The notes below the pieces were generated by a model. That model ran no database searches and was not told where the DNA came from. It saw nothing but the letters and a program-made list of their open reading frames with translations. A DNA stretch of 64,000 nt from an uncultured candidate division Zixibacteria bacterium (lineage in GTDB: Bacteria; Zixibacteria; MSB-5A5; GN15; FEB-12). The position numbers and the translations under genes are program-made. Each line of letters opens with the position of its first letter. Positions within the stretch are counted from its first letter, which is position 1. Below, in pieces: positions 38,970 to 50,924 of this stretch. The DNA is taken from assembly GCA_963735035.1 (NCBI GenBank), contig CAVTJJ010000004.1:384001-448000 (forward strand), written 5' to 3'.

Positions 38970-41900
38970 TTAGGAACATCCGGACGTGGCGCCACAGGTG
39001 ACGCATTTCAGGCAGGTCCCGTTCCGAACCATCGTAAACTGCCCGCATTCGCCGCACATATCTCCTTCATACCCGCTCATCCGCGCGGTTTGAATTCTCT
39101 CGCGGATACGGTTGACGGGCGCAGTCCCTCCGGCACTTTCTGCCGTGGCGACAAGCTCAAGCACCGCTTGCGGTTTTGGAGATGTTTTTGCAGCCGAAGC
39201 CTCCATCTGCTTACCATCGGTCAATCCTCCATGATTACCGTTACCCCCTCCGCCGTTCCCGCCGTTGCCGCCGTTGCCGGCCTGCGGGTCGAAGCGAAGA
39301 TGGGAGCTGTATAGGTCATCACTGACACGATTGCCACGCGTCAATTGCCCCGTTATCTGGGCCGTGGCTTCTTCTTCATCCTCAAATTCAATAGACTCAT
39401 CCCGCGGTGACCCCATCGTATCGCTGCGCAAATCCTCTTCGTGGATATGCGCCAGATCGTTACGACCAAGGTAGCTGATCGCCAGCTCGCGGAAGATGTA
39501 GTCAATGATCGAAGTCGACATCTTGATGGATTTGTTGCCGCTGACAATCCCGCTCGGCTCGAAACGGCTGAACAGGAAGGCTTCGACAAACTCTTCGAGC
39601 GGTACGCCGTGCTGCAGGCCCAGCGAAATCGCAATCGCGAAGCAGTTCATCAATGAACGGAACGCGGCACCCTCACGATGCATATCGAGGAAGATTTCGC
39701 CGAGGGTGCCGTCAGAATATTCGCCGGTGCGAAGGTATATCTTGTGTCCGGCCACGACCGCTTTTTGAGTATAGCCGGCACGGCGGTATGGCAGGCGACG
39801 GCGCTTGGCAAGGTAGCGATAGACCAGACGCTCGGTCATCTTCTCAGAGACCTGCTGAACCGATATCGTTTCGCCAGGAGCGGACTCGTCGAAGAAGGTC
39901 GTACTGAGCGGCTGGCTGAGCTTGGAGCCGTCGCGGTACAACGCGACCGCTTTGTTCATGCCTTCCCAGGCCATCAGGTAGGCGTTCTTGACATCCTCGA
40001 TGGTTGCCTCGGATGGCATGTTGATCGTTTTCGAAATGGCCCCAGAAATGAACGGCTGCGCGGCGGCCATCATCTGTATGTGCGCTTGATAACTGATGAA
40101 ACGCTGGCCGCGACGGCCACACCGGTTGGCGCAATCGAATATCGGCAGGTGCGTCTCTTTGAGTCCGGGAGCGCCTTCAAGCGTCATCGTGCCACAACAG
40201 TATTCATTGGCGGCCAGGATCTGATCGCAGGTAAACCCGAGTTCCTTCAGGAGGTTGAAGTCCCAGGCGTCCATGGACTCGTTCGAGAAGCCGAGCGTTT
40301 CGTGGAGGAAATCTTCGCCGAGCACATGCTTGTTGAACGCGAACGTAATGTCGAAACAGCTCTCAAGCCCGCGCTCAACCTTCTGCAGCTCCTCGTCGCC
40401 GAATCCCTTCGCCTTAAGCGACTCATGATTGACAAACGGTGCATCCTTGAGCGTCTTCTGCCCGGTGGCATAAGTGACGATCTTGCGGATATCGTCTTCG
40501 CCGTAGTCGAGATGTCGCAGGGCGGCCGGAATGGACTGGTTGATTATCTTGAAATAGCCGCCGCCGGCCAGCTTCTTGAACTTCACCAGTGCGAAATCGG
40601 GTTCGATTCCGGTCGTGTCGCAATCCATGAGCAGGCCAATCGTGCCGGTCGGGGCAATCACGCTCGTCTGAGCGTTGCGGTAACCGTGCACTTCGCCCAT
40701 CTCGAGCGCCTTATCCCACACTTGACGGGCGACCGCGGTGACGTCTTCAGGCAGATAGTTCGGGTTGATCCCGTGAGGCTTGATGGTCAGGCCTTCGTAT
40801 TCGGAACGGTCGGCGTTGAAGGCGGCGCGACGATGGTTGCGAATCACCCGCAGCATGTGGCCCCGGTTGTGGTAGAAGCCGGGGAATGGGCCCAGTTGGC
40901 GGGCCATCTCGGCAGAGGTCACATACGACTCACCAGTCAGGATCGATGAGAGAGCACCGCACCAGGCGTAACCACGCGCGGAATCATACGGGATACCGAG
41001 CTGCATCAGCACGGTGCCAAGGTTGGCGTAGCCCAATCCCAGAGTGCGGAATTCGTAACTCTTGCGAGCGATCTCGCGCGACGGGAACGAAGCCATCAAG
41101 ACCGAAATTTCGAGCACGATCGTCCAGAGACGAATGGCATGACGATATCCTTCGAGATTGAACTGGCCGTTTTCGTCGAGGAACTTGACGAGGTTAATTG
41201 ACGCCAGGTTGCACGCGGTGTCGTCGAGGAACATGTACTCGGAACAGGGATTCGAGGCGTTGATGCGGCCATCCTCGGGGCAGGTGTGCCATTCGTTGAT
41301 GGTCGTATCGAACTGGACACCGGGATCGGCGCACGACCAGGCGGCGAAACAGACCTTTTCCCACAGTTCTGAGGCCGGGATGGAGTCGATGATCTTGCTG
41401 GAGGTTCGGGACTTGAGCGGCCAGTCTTCACGGGCGCGCAAGCGCTCGAAGAACATATTAGGTATGCGGACCGAGTTGTTCGAGTTCTGTCCGGCGACCG
41501 TCAGATAAGCTTCGCTGTCCCAGTTGGTATCGAGATCCACGAAGTCGATTTCGGACACGCCTTGTTTGGCGAGCTCCAGAACCTTCTTTATATAAGCGGC
41601 CGGGACAGCGTACTGCCGGGCCTGTTTCATCGCGATACGAAGCGCGGCGTTCTTGGTCGGATCGGTTTCGATCTTCGGCTCACCGCTGTCGCCGCCTGTG
41701 ACGGTGGACGAGAAGATGTTCTTTAGCTGCTGCTGGATGATCTTCGATCCGGCCACCAGCGCCGCAACTTTCTGTTCCTCGACTACCTTCCAGTTGACGA
41801 ACGCCAGAATATCGGGATGATCCAGATCGAGACAAACCATCTTGGCGGCGCGACGAGTGGTGCCGCCCGACTTGATAGCGCCGGCGGCGCGGTCACCGAT

Positions 41901-42629
41901 GCGCAGGAAAGACATCAACCCGGATGATTTCCCGCCGCCTGACAGTGGTTCGTTGACGCCGCGCAGGTTCGAGAAGTTGCTGCCGGTGCCGGAACCGTAC
42001 TTGAACAGACGGGCCTCGCGCACCCAGAGATCCATTATGCCGCCCTCGTTGACGAGGTCGTCCTGGACCGACTGAATGAAACAGGCATGCGGCTGCGGAC
42101 GTTCGTAGGCGTTCTTGGTCTCGGAGATGATATGCGTTTCGGGATCGACATAGTAGTGACCCTGCGGCTTTCCGGTGATGCCGTAGGTTTCGTAAAGGCC
42201 CGTGTTGAACCATTGCGGCGAATTGGGAGCGGCCACCTGGTCGGCGAGCATGTAGGCCATCTCGTCGTAGAACGTACGGGCGTCGTCCGGCGTATCGAAA
42301 TAGCCATGACGCTCACCCCATTTGCGCCAGCAGTCAGCGAGACGGTGGAACACCTGGCGCGAATCACTCTCGCCGCCGAGTTGTTGCTTGCCGTCTTCAT
42401 CGTAGACCGGATTGCCGTGCTGATCGACCTGCGGTACCCCGGCCTTACGGAAATACTTCTGCGCTAGAATGTCCACGGCCACCGGCGACCAGGTATCAGG
42501 CACCTGAATGTCGTCCTGTTTGAATACGATTGTGCCGTCCGGATTCTTAATCTCCGAAGAGCGACTCACGAAATTGATCCGTGAATACGGAGACTCGCCT
42601 TCGCGCGTGAAATACCGCTGGACTTTCAA
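38970..42629 (-). CDS. nrdJ: Adenosylcobalamin-dependent class II ribonucleotide reductase with TSCPD-like domain and C-terminal Zn ribbon
   Basis: [24 protein letters not shown] and APTGT motifs; CGEC...[16 protein letters not shown] and TTG start. Confidence 0.96.
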   Translation of the reverse strand: MKVQRYFTREGESPYSRINFVSRSSEIKNPDGTIVFKQDDIQVPDTWSPVAVDILAQKYFRKAGVPQVDQHGNPVYDEDGKQQLGGESDSRQVFHRLADCWRKWGERHGYFDTPDDARTFYDEMAYMLADQVAAPNSPQWFNTGLYETYGITGKPQGHYYVDPETHIISETKNAYERPQPHACFIQSVQDDLVNEGGIMDLWVREARLFKYGSGTGSNFSNLRGVNEPLSGGGKSSGLMSFLRIGDRAAGAIKSGGTTRRAAKMVCLDLDHPDILAFVNWKVVEEQKVAALVAGSKIIQQQLKNIFSSTVTGGDSGEPKIETDPTKNAALRIAMKQARQYAVPAAYIKKVLELAKQGVSEIDFVDLDTNWDSEAYLTVAGQNSNNSVRIPNMFFERLRAREDWPLKSRTSSKIIDSIPASELWEKVCFAAWSCADPGVQFDTTINEWHTCPEDGRINASNPCSEYMFLDDTACNLASINLVKFLDENGQFNLEGYRHAIRLWTIVLEISVLMASFPSREIARKSYEFRTLGLGYANLGTVLMQLGIPYDSARGYAWCGALSSILTGESYVTSAEMARQLGPFPGFYHNRGHMLRVIRNHRRAAFNADRSEYEGLTIKPHGINPNYLPEDVTAVARQVWDKALEMGEVHGYRNAQTSVIAPTGTIGLLMDCDTTGIEPDFALVKFKKLAGGGYFKIINQSIPAALRHLDYGEDDIRKIVTYATGQKTLKDAPFVNHESLKAKGFGDEELQKVERGLESCFDITFAFNKHVLGEDFLHETLGFSNESMDAWDFNLLKELGFTCDQILAANEYCCGTMTLEGAPGLKETHLPIFDCANRCGRRGQRFISYQAHIQMMAAAQPFISGAISKTINMPSEATIEDVKNAYLMAWEGMNKAVALYRDGSKLSQPLSTTFFDESAPGETISVQQVSEKMTERLVYRYLAKRRRLPYRRAGYTQKAVVAGHKIYLRTGEYSDGTLGEIFLDMHREGAAFRSLMNCFAIAISLGLQHGVPLEEFVEAFLFSRFEPSGIVSGNKSIKMSTSIIDYIFRELAISYLGRNDLAHIHEEDLRSDTMGSPRDESIEFEDEEEATAQITGQLTRGNRVSDDLYSSHLRFDPQAGNGGNGGNGGGGNGNHGGLTDGKQMEASAAKTSPKPQAVLELVATAESAGGTAPVNRIRERIQTARMSGYEGDMCGECGQFTMVRNGTCLKCVTCGATSGCS

Positions 42630-42766
42630 GAAGTACCTCCTGTACTATGATATATCCGTTCCGACTTGGACGGCTGAAGCCCTGAAACTTCCGTTCGTCC
42701 TCTGTCCCAACCAAAAGGACCTTGGTGCCAAATTCAGGGCGACCTTCATCTCAACCGACCAAGAGG

Positions 42767-42813
42767 GCACAATATGTTGTGGTTGGAGTTGTCACTACCA
42801 CCAAAAATTGTGT
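42767..42813. promoter_or_regulatory. Tandem NrdR boxes
   Basis: CACAATATGTTGTG (42768) and CACCAAAAATTGTG (42799), 31 bp apart, upstream of nrdJ. Confidence 0.85.
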
Positions 42814-43292
42814 TTTTTCGAAATATTTCTTTATTTCTTTGATTAGCAATACCATATGAAAAAAGGAAGGGTTTGCGGTGACATACACCACGGGGTAGAG
42901 TCTGCGGATTGAATTTCCTCGCATAGATAATCTATTGATACTAAGCGAGTTAGTCACGTCGGTTTCGTCAGCCAATATCTGGCAGAGAGGTGTTCGCAAA
43001 CTACAAATCGATAACCGCATGCAGGATAGCGTGTTATAGCAATGCCTACATTGGAGTCACAACTTGTCAACAGGTTGTGCACTCAAATTGGGGATTGCCG
43101 AGCGACCATTCGATGGATTAGTTTGGTCTGATAAGACTAGTTGGTATAGTTCAAAGCGTGTTTTTTGACATCCATTTGAGGAATCCGGACGTACTAAACG
43201 TGACCGAACTTGATGGTTTGGTCTAACCAATTGTAATAAGTCCACGTTCGTTTCCTCACTTTTTTGGAGAGGTGCAGTCATTGATTGAAATT

Positions 43293-45701
43293 ATGAGAAG
43301 ACACATTCTTGCCTTTGTCTGTTTAATGAGCCTGATCCCGGTTCAACTTGTGGGACAGGTGGAACAACTATCGAGATCGACGAACAAAACACGGGAGATC
43401 GAGGGGACGGTCTTTGATGCTGATACGCAGAAGCCGATCGCGTTTGCTACGGTGCAGTCCGCCTCCGGAGAACGCTCGACCCTTACCAACGAGGAGGGGC
43501 GTTACCGGATACTGCTCCCGTTCGAACCGCAGAAACTCAAGTTCAGCCATATCGCCTACTATTCACAAACGTTTGACTTTGCCGGCGACAGCGTTGGAAC
43601 CGTTCTCGACGTGTTTCTCAAGACCAACATGGTCGATATCGGAACGTTCAAAGTATACAGTCGAGAATATGATCCGGCCCAGCAGATCATTGTTGAAGCC
43701 ATCCGGCGGAAGAAAGACATTCTCACCCGTATTCATGATTACACCTGCGACGCCTACACCAAGCTGGTGGTGGTCGATAAGGCCAAGAAGGACAGCTCCA
43801 AAATCTTCCTTCTGACCGAGAGTCAGGTGACAGCGTTCTGGGAACAACCGAATAAATACAAAGAGATCCTGGTGTCCCGGCGCCAGTCGGCCAACATGGA
43901 GGCGGAAAACAATCTGGTCACAATCGGCGAGATTCTGAATTTCAACCGGAATCGCATCGAATTGGGCGAGTACTCGATCGTTTCGCCGACCGCTGAGGAT
44001 GCCCTGGATCACTACAACTACTATTTGATAGACACGGTCTACATCGATTCCCTCGCCGTTTTCAAGCTTGAGATTGAGCCGAAGAACCCCGACGAGCCGT
44101 TGTTTCAGGGGTTCATTCAAATAGCCGATTCAACTTACGACGTGGTTGAGGTCGATGTGGGGTTCAGCCGCGGTGTTGACATACCGATGTTGAAATCGCC
44201 CCGCTACTCGCAGAAGCTTGCCTGTTTCCAGAACGAATACTGGATGCCCGTGGAGATTAGGTTCGGAGCTGATGTTGAGTTTGATGTCGCTATACCGGGC
44301 ATCCCGAAGAAACTCGACTTTTCGGTGGTGGCATCGCTGCACAGTTATCGTTTCGATCAGGGTCATCCGAAAGGAACGTTCGACGAGTTCGCGCTCGAGG
44401 TAGACCGCAACGCCGACAAGATTGACAGTGTCGCCTGGCACGCCCGCCAGACGATTCCGTTAACGGCCGAAGAGGTAGCGGGATACCGACGGATTGATTC
44501 GATCAAGCATCTGCCCGAATCGCCCGGCAAGATTGTCGCGAAAGGATTCGCGGCTGCGGCCTTCCTTCTATTGGTAGGGCAGCCGGATTTCTATCGGTTT
44601 AACCGGGTTGAAGGGCCTTATCTGGGTTTGGGATTCGAGACTGACAAATTGAGCGAGCGGCTGAAAGTTCGCGCCAAGACCGGCTATGCTTTCGACGCCA
44701 AAAGGTCCGAACATCAAATCGGCGCCACCTGGCGGTTGAATGAGCGCCGCCGGCTTGATTTCGGGTTCGATTACTACAATAAAGTGGTGCGTCGACCTAC
44801 TGTTGTGGCTGCGCCGAACTTCAACCCGACTTTCTTCGCCCTGGCAGACCGCTGGGATCCTCTGGATTATTACCGGGCCAAAGGGTTTGAGACGTTCGTA
44901 TCGACCAAGCTGGTTGGCCGTATAGGTCTGACTCTGACATACGGAGATTTCAAGCAGTACTCCATGCCGAAACGGTCAGACTTTGCATTAAGTAACTCGG
45001 ACGGTGAAGCTCGCACCAACCCGGCAATTGTTGACGGGACGATGCGCTCCGTGGGAGCCGCATTGATTTATGATTCACGGCGCATGTTCAAGAACAAAGG
45101 GCGTGAAGTGCGTATCGACGACGCTCAATTCCTGACCGTGACTACCGGGGTTGAGTATGCGTCACCAGATTTCATCAACAACGATTTCTACTTCAAGCGG
45201 TACTACGTCGATGTGCGCCGGCGTCAGAGAATATCTGGAATGGGTCTTACCTCGCTGATCCTGTTCGCGGGCGCATCCGACGGGAACCTTCCGCCTCAGA
45301 AATACTTCACAGTCGATTTCGGCAACGGGGTGCTGAACACGACCGACGGATTCGTTACGCTCAACGAGCATAATTTCAGCGGCAGTCGGGCGCTGGCTCT
45401 GCACGTCAGTCACAACTTCAAGCGCCGTCTATTTGTGGCGAGCGGACTGCCGTTGATCAAAGACATCCCTCTGTGGTTGAACGTACACGGGGGCGCTTTC
45501 TGGACCGATTTCCGCGATCATCCCGTTCGGTCGGGCGATGACCAAACGCTCACGGCCCTGTCGCCGTATCGAGAGATCGGGTTCGGTGTGGGTAATTTGA
45601 CGCCGTTTCTCATGCCATTCAATCTGGCGCTGTACTTTACCAGGCAGTTGTCCCATTACGACACGAGCGATTGGACGATTGGTGTGGGGATAGAGTTGTA
45701 G
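43293..45701 (+). CDS. Outer-membrane protein, carboxypeptidase-regulatory-like plus DUF5686-like
   Basis: Signal peptide; GTVFDADTQKPIAFATV...TNEEGRY; FNRVEG; beta-barrel-like C-terminus. Confidence 0.8.
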   Translation: MRRHILAFVCLMSLIPVQLVGQVEQLSRSTNKTREIEGTVFDADTQKPIAFATVQSASGERSTLTNEEGRYRILLPFEPQKLKFSHIAYYSQTFDFAGDSVGTVLDVFLKTNMVDIGTFKVYSREYDPAQQIIVEAIRRKKDILTRIHDYTCDAYTKLVVVDKAKKDSSKIFLLTESQVTAFWEQPNKYKEILVSRRQSANMEAENNLVTIGEILNFNRNRIELGEYSIVSPTAEDALDHYNYYLIDTVYIDSLAVFKLEIEPKNPDEPLFQGFIQIADSTYDVVEVDVGFSRGVDIPMLKSPRYSQKLACFQNEYWMPVEIRFGADVEFDVAIPGIPKKLDFSVVASLHSYRFDQGHPKGTFDEFALEVDRNADKIDSVAWHARQTIPLTAEEVAGYRRIDSIKHLPESPGKIVAKGFAAAAFLLLVGQPDFYRFNRVEGPYLGLGFETDKLSERLKVRAKTGYAFDAKRSEHQIGATWRLNERRRLDFGFDYYNKVVRRPTVVAAPNFNPTFFALADRWDPLDYYRAKGFETFVSTKLVGRIGLTLTYGDFKQYSMPKRSDFALSNSDGEARTNPAIVDGTMRSVGAALIYDSRRMFKNKGREVRIDDAQFLTVTTGVEYASPDFINNDFYFKRYYVDVRRRQRISGMGLTSLILFAGASDGNLPPQKYFTVDFGNGVLNTTDGFVTLNEHNFSGSRALALHVSHNFKRRLFVASGLPLIKDIPLWLNVHGGAFWTDFRDHPVRSGDDQTLTALSPYREIGFGVGNLTPFLMPFNLALYFTRQLSHYDTSDWTIGVGIEL

Positions 45702-45706
45702 ATATT

Positions 45707-46480
45707 GTCGGGCGGGTCCCTTGTGGTCCCGACCTACAAGACCGAGCGACTTGTTAAGAAATCGACGGCCGCCAGGCCGTCACCCCCGAGGCGTCGGGGG
45801 CCCATGGGCTGTCGGGGCGGGAAGTGAAACGGCAGAGACAAGAGCGGAACCGATCGACCGACAAACCCCACAGTGAACTCTTCCACTGTTGCAGGCGCGA
45901 GTGGTCATGGGTGCCCGACCAAGTCGGGCATGACGGGCCTTACGGCCCGTGTACTTAGAAATCGACGGCTGCCAGGCCGTCACCCCCGAGGCGTCGGGGG
46001 TCTATGGGCTGTCGGGGCGGGAAGTGAAACGGCGGTGACAAGAGGGGAACCGATCGAGCGACAAACCCCACATTGAACTCTTCCACTTTTTGCAAGCGCG
46101 AATGGTCATGGGTGCCCGACCAAGTCGGGCATGACGGGCCTAACGGCCCGTGTACTTAGAAATCGACGGCTGCCAGGCCGTCACCCCCGAGGCGTCGGGG
46201 GCCCATGGGCTGTCGCACTGGAAAGGGAAGAGACGTGATCAAGAGAACTGATTTCTGCCTGTCCTTGTAAGGCGGGTTCGTCTGCGAGCCCCCCATTCTC
46301 AGCATTCCGATCTGGCCACTGACTCTCAAGTGAACGATTCACATTCTGCGGTCGCGAGTGGCCATGGGTGCCCGACCAAGTCGGGCATGACGGGGCTGGG
46401 TGCCCCGCTTCAATTCCCACCAGTTGGGTGGGGTACCCGACGTCTATAAGAAGGGGGCAGACCGGAAGGTCTGCCCACCA
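45707..46480. repeat. Second BIME-like ~200-bp tandem array, inverted relative to 32864-33465
   Basis: GTCACCCCCGAGGCGTCGGGGG at about 45779, 45979 and 46180, alternating with ATGGGTGCCCGACCAAGTCGGGCATGAC; two homologous linkers and one unrelated linker. Confidence 0.93.
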
Positions 46481-46484
46481 CGTG

Positions 46485-47774
46485 CTAGTTAAGTTTCTTT
46501 GCGCTGTATTTCCGGAATAGCTCCTTGTGGCGGTCATCGAGATCGACCACCCGGCCGTCGATGAACATGTGCGTCACCCGCATCGTCAGGAAATCCATGA
46601 TGTCGCCGTCGGAGACAATAATCGTTGCCTGCTTGCCGATCTGAAGCGAACCGATCTTGTCGGCCACTCCCATTACTTCAGCCGGAGTGAGCGTTATGCT
46701 GCGGAGCGCCATATCTGCCGGAAGACCAAACGCCACGGCCTGGCCCGCGCTCGACGCCAGGTTGCGCACACCCGACGCCCCGCCCGCAGCCAGAACGAAC
46801 GTTACGCCGGCATCGTGAAGCATTTTCGGGACGACATACGCCTGATCGTAGGCTTCATCATCGCGTGCCGGCATGCCCTGTTCGTCGAAGTAGATGACCG
46901 GAATGTTGTTGGTCTTCAACAGGTCGGTGACTTTCCAGGCGTCTTCGCCGCCCACCAGAATCATACGAAGGCCACGCTCACGGCTGAATGCCACTGCTTG
47001 TTCAATTTGGCGGACGTCCGACGCGCTTATATACACGGGAAGCTGTCCCGACAGATACGGCAGCATCGCTTCCCAGCGCGAATCGACTTTGGTCCTGGGA
47101 TCGGCCGCCTTGGCCAATCGATAGGCCTGGGCATCGTCGAAGGCTTGTCGCAATTCTTTCAGGTTCTTCTCCGCTGCGTCTTTGCCTCTATCGGGCCTTT
47201 CCCAGTCACGTCGCGAACCCGATGAGCCCACGCGCGGCCAGACTACATGCAGGCCAGTCTCCAATTTGACCGCGGCATCTTCTTTCGTCCAGGCGTCCAT
47301 GCTCAGAAGACAGGAGCGGCCGCATATCAGCGAACCGTCCGGAACGATCTGCGCGTAGGCGATCCCGTTGGAGCGGTCAGTAGGGATGATCTCCGAATCC
47401 GGATTATACGCCATGTGCGATTGAACGTCGGGGTTGATCCGGCCGACCTCGTTCTGATCGTTAGTCGCGCGGACGGCCCCGATCTCGGTCAGACCGATTG
47501 TGGTCCCCATAGCAATCAGGCCAGGATAGACCCGTTTGCCGGATACGTCGATCACCAACGCGTCGAGCGGAGACGTGATATTCGGGGCGATCTGTGTAAT
47601 GACGCCCTTATCAAACAGTACATCCGTACCGGGTTTGACTCCGTCCGAGATTGTGTAGACATCTCCACCCTTCAGAAGGATCGGCCGGGACTGTCTTGAG
47701 CCGGGGATGTAATCGTGCGCCAGGACCGATCCGACGGTCAGCGCTATCAACAGTGTCACAATGAGCGTTTTCAT
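46485..47774 (-). CDS. Exported amidohydrolase-family protein (second member of pair)
   Basis: Signal peptide; GKRVYPGLI, TTIGLTEI and GSLQIGKQA motifs; metal HxH motif absent. Confidence 0.88.
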   Translation of the reverse strand: MKTLIVTLLIALTVGSVLAHDYIPGSRQSRPILLKGGDVYTISDGVKPGTDVLFDKGVITQIAPNITSPLDALVIDVSGKRVYPGLIAMGTTIGLTEIGAVRATNDQNEVGRINPDVQSHMAYNPDSEIIPTDRSNGIAYAQIVPDGSLICGRSCLLSMDAWTKEDAAVKLETGLHVVWPRVGSSGSRRDWERPDRGKDAAEKNLKELRQAFDDAQAYRLAKAADPRTKVDSRWEAMLPYLSGQLPVYISASDVRQIEQAVAFSRERGLRMILVGGEDAWKVTDLLKTNNIPVIYFDEQGMPARDDEAYDQAYVVPKMLHDAGVTFVLAAGGASGVRNLASSAGQAVAFGLPADMALRSITLTPAEVMGVADKIGSLQIGKQATIIVSDGDIMDFLTMRVTHMFIDGRVVDLDDRHKELFRKYSAKKLN

Positions 47775-50700
47775 AGGCCGGCTCCTTTCCCCGATTCAGG
47801 CATGCCGCCGCTGTCCTCGCCGCCCCGTCCCCATCGTCTTTCCGGCTGAGCCATGACTTTCTGAATCAGCGTATTTCTCTCGGTCGCTAGTTCTGAGCGG
47901 AGACGAAGATCGTCGGTAATGTCGAAATACTTGCGACCGTCGATCCAGGTCTGCTCGGGATGCGAGTAGACCGACAACGGATTACCCGACCAGATGGCGA
48001 AATCGGCGTCTTTGCCGACCTTCAGGCTGCCGATGTATTTGTCAGCCTGAATCTGGATCGCCGGATTGATCGTCACCATCTTGAGTGCTTCTTCCTGGCT
48101 CATTCCCGTATACATGACTGACTTGGCAGCCGCCTGATTGAGTAGCCTTTGCAGTTGGGGACTGTCGGAGTTGATGGATGTCACTACCCCGCGCTGAGTC
48201 ATCAGACCCGGATTCTGCGGGATGGCGTCGTAGACTTCGAACTTGTACGCCCACCAGTCGGGCGCGGAACCGCCGCCGGCGCCGTGCCGCGCCATTTCAT
48301 CGGCGACTTTGTAACCTTCCAGAATGTGATCGAAAGTCTTCACGCGAATACCAAACTGTTCGGCCAATCTCATCATCATAAGAATTTCCGACTGAACATA
48401 AGCGTGGCAGGTGATGAACATCTTTGAGTTCAATACCTGGACCAGCGCTTCGAGCCTGAGGTTACGCCGAGGCGGGACGGTCTTTTCGCGCTGTTTGGCA
48501 CCAAGAGCGTTGTACGTCGCCAGATCGGCTTCGTATTCGCGGGCGGTCTGGAAGGCGTCTCTTATGATTGTCTCCACACCCATGCGGGTCTGTGGATAGC
48601 GAATCGAAAATTGTTCGCCCCAGCCGCTCTGTTTGACATTCTCGCCGAGCGCGAATTTGATCGATGGCACGGCGTTGGCGAACTTTGAGTTCTTCGGCCG
48701 ACGCACCCCAGCGGAGCTTGATGATCTCAGCCTGTCCGCCGATCGGATTGGCTGAGCCATGCACGAGCCGGGTGGCCGTCACACCGCCGGCCAGTGAACG
48801 ATAGATGTTAATGTCATCCGGGTCGATCACGTCACTGATGCGAACTTCGGATGAAATGGCATCAGTGCCTTCGTTGACATCGCCCGCTATGCACATGTGG
48901 GAGTGTTCATCTATGACACCTGGGGCGAGATGCTTGCCGGTGGCGTCGATTACTACACATCCCGCCGGGGCAGCGAGATTACGGCCGATCGCTTCAATGC
49001 GACCGCCCTTGATCACCATGTCGGCATTCTGGAGTATGCCGGCGCTGTCGCAGGTCCAGATCGTGGCATTCTTTATAATGACGGTCGATTGTACTGGGCG
49101 TTGCTTCAACTCCAAACGCCATGTCGGGGTAAGTTACTCGAGCCGTGGCTACATCCGGTTCACTGCCTATCTGCCACCGCGACGGTGGCCGTGGTCGGTC
49201 GCAGTCGTGTCTCCCGAAAGTTCAGGTGTGGCCGTCCAGGATTCAGCATGGCCGTCGGCAAACAGGATCTGTCCCACGAGCTTACCCGCATCTGTAGATA
49301 GAGCGAATCGGGCGACACCTTTGGCGCCGAGAGTGTCGAGCTCCGCCGTGAAGCTGAGTTGGTTACGATTGAATTCGACATGCGCGAGTTCGATTTCGAT
49401 GCTGTCGGCGGTTATGCTACCGCTCACGCGACGGCGTCCTTCGCGGCGACCATCGTCGAGTCGGAGTTGGACCTTGCGGCCCAGCAATTCGGCCGAGAAG
49501 CGGCCATCAAACTTCTTTTCATCAAGCGGGATGAACTCGTTCTTGTGTCCGTGCGTATAGACCGCGCAGACGTTGGTATTTTCCTCAAAGATGTTCCCAT
49601 CACAGACTACAAAATCAGCCAGCTTGCCCGGCTGGATAGTGCCGACCAGATCATCGACGCCGCTTATAGATGCAGGAACGGTAGTAAGAGCAGCCAGTGC
49701 CGTTTGCTCAGTTAGACCTCGCTTGACCGCTTTCCTTACATTCTCGAGAAACTTGTCGGTTCGTTTGAGACGGAAGGTTGTAAACGCGAACGTGACACCC
49801 TTCTGTTCCAGCAGGACAGGATTCGATGGGGCCAGGTCCCACCGCCTGAGATCGGTTATGGAAACATCAAGGTCCTGATTCGGGATCGTCACTTCGGGCG
49901 GTTCGGGAAAGGCCACCGGCACGATCAAAGTCCGACCGGTGGCTTTGACCAGGTCGAGTCGTTCAAATTCGTTTCCTGAAGCAACCACGACCGGGTTGAA
50001 ACCGAACTCACGCGCGAGGCGGTCAACACGAAAGATGGCATGGAGATCAGGCACGTCGAAAATGACGGTCTCGCGAACTACCCCCTGCAACCCTTCGAGT
50101 GCAAGGTTGACTTCCGGTTCCGGCTGATTCGAATCGAGACGAATCGCCTGATGGGCCTTCTGATACCAGTCCGTGTCAAACAGAGTCTGGCGGATCAGCG
50201 CGATGGCTCCCATCTGTGATTCCGGATATTGCTGGACGGAACTGCCCTTATCAAATGACAGGAAATGCCAGGAGCGAGACCGGATCACCAGGTCATTGGG
50301 GAGGCCGTCTCCGAGCGAAGTCACAAAGCCGCGTCCACGGAAAATCCCGTCGAGACGCGCCGATTGAGCGGTGGTAAAGCCCAACTGTCTGAGATCTTTT
50401 GCTTTGTCAGCATCGGGCTGGAATTGATCGACCCAGACTTCCTCGGCATGAATGGACCCGTTCCAGGCGTTGCAGCCGATACGAGTCGCCTCATAGATGG
50501 GCGCTTCGTTCCGCCTTCGTCGGGGCGAAGCCGAGTCGGACGGCAGGCCGTAGTCGCTGTACGGTTCGATGAAACCGGGGTAGATCGTTTTCCCCTCGAG
50601 ATTGATCACGGTGGCGCCGCTCGGAACCGCAACCTTGCGGCCGACCGCGATAATCTTACCCCGATCGATCACGAGCGTGGCGGAATCGACGGTTTCCGTC

Positions 50701-50837
50701 GGCGACGTGTGTATCCGGGCGTTGATAAACGCCTGAAGATCGGGAGTTTTGCTTGTTATGCCCAGAGGAGGGGTGGTCTGGGCCGTCAGGCCGCTGACAA
50801 GCAGCAGCCCGCACAGGGCGCACAGTAGTATCCTCAT
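47771..50837 (-). pseudogene. Large two-domain amidohydrolase with three indels (pseudogene or assembly errors)
   Basis: Segments at 50837-49167, a short shifted VTYPDMAFG stretch, 49115-48686 (DEHSH) and 48686-47771 (KFALGENVK, INSDS) join into one protein. Confidence 0.8.
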
Positions 50838-50924
50838 GAAACCATATATATAGCATTTCATACCGTGACGCAATGATTGACAAGCCGGGTCCTTGAAGGC
50901 CCCAAACGAGAAGATACCCCTTTT

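Noticed and set aside
39678..40949. Long antisense ORFs (also 9184-10389 and 36803-37675)
   Set aside because: Shadows of well-supported genes on the opposite strand, expected with high GC3 codon usage.
38970..42629. Intein or intron in nrdJ
   Set aside because: The frame is continuous and no intein splice-junction or LAGLIDADG motifs were seen.
43055..43085. DnaA boxes or replication origin in the AT-rich gap
   Set aside because: Only degenerate two-mismatch matches; no box cluster or origin-linked genes.
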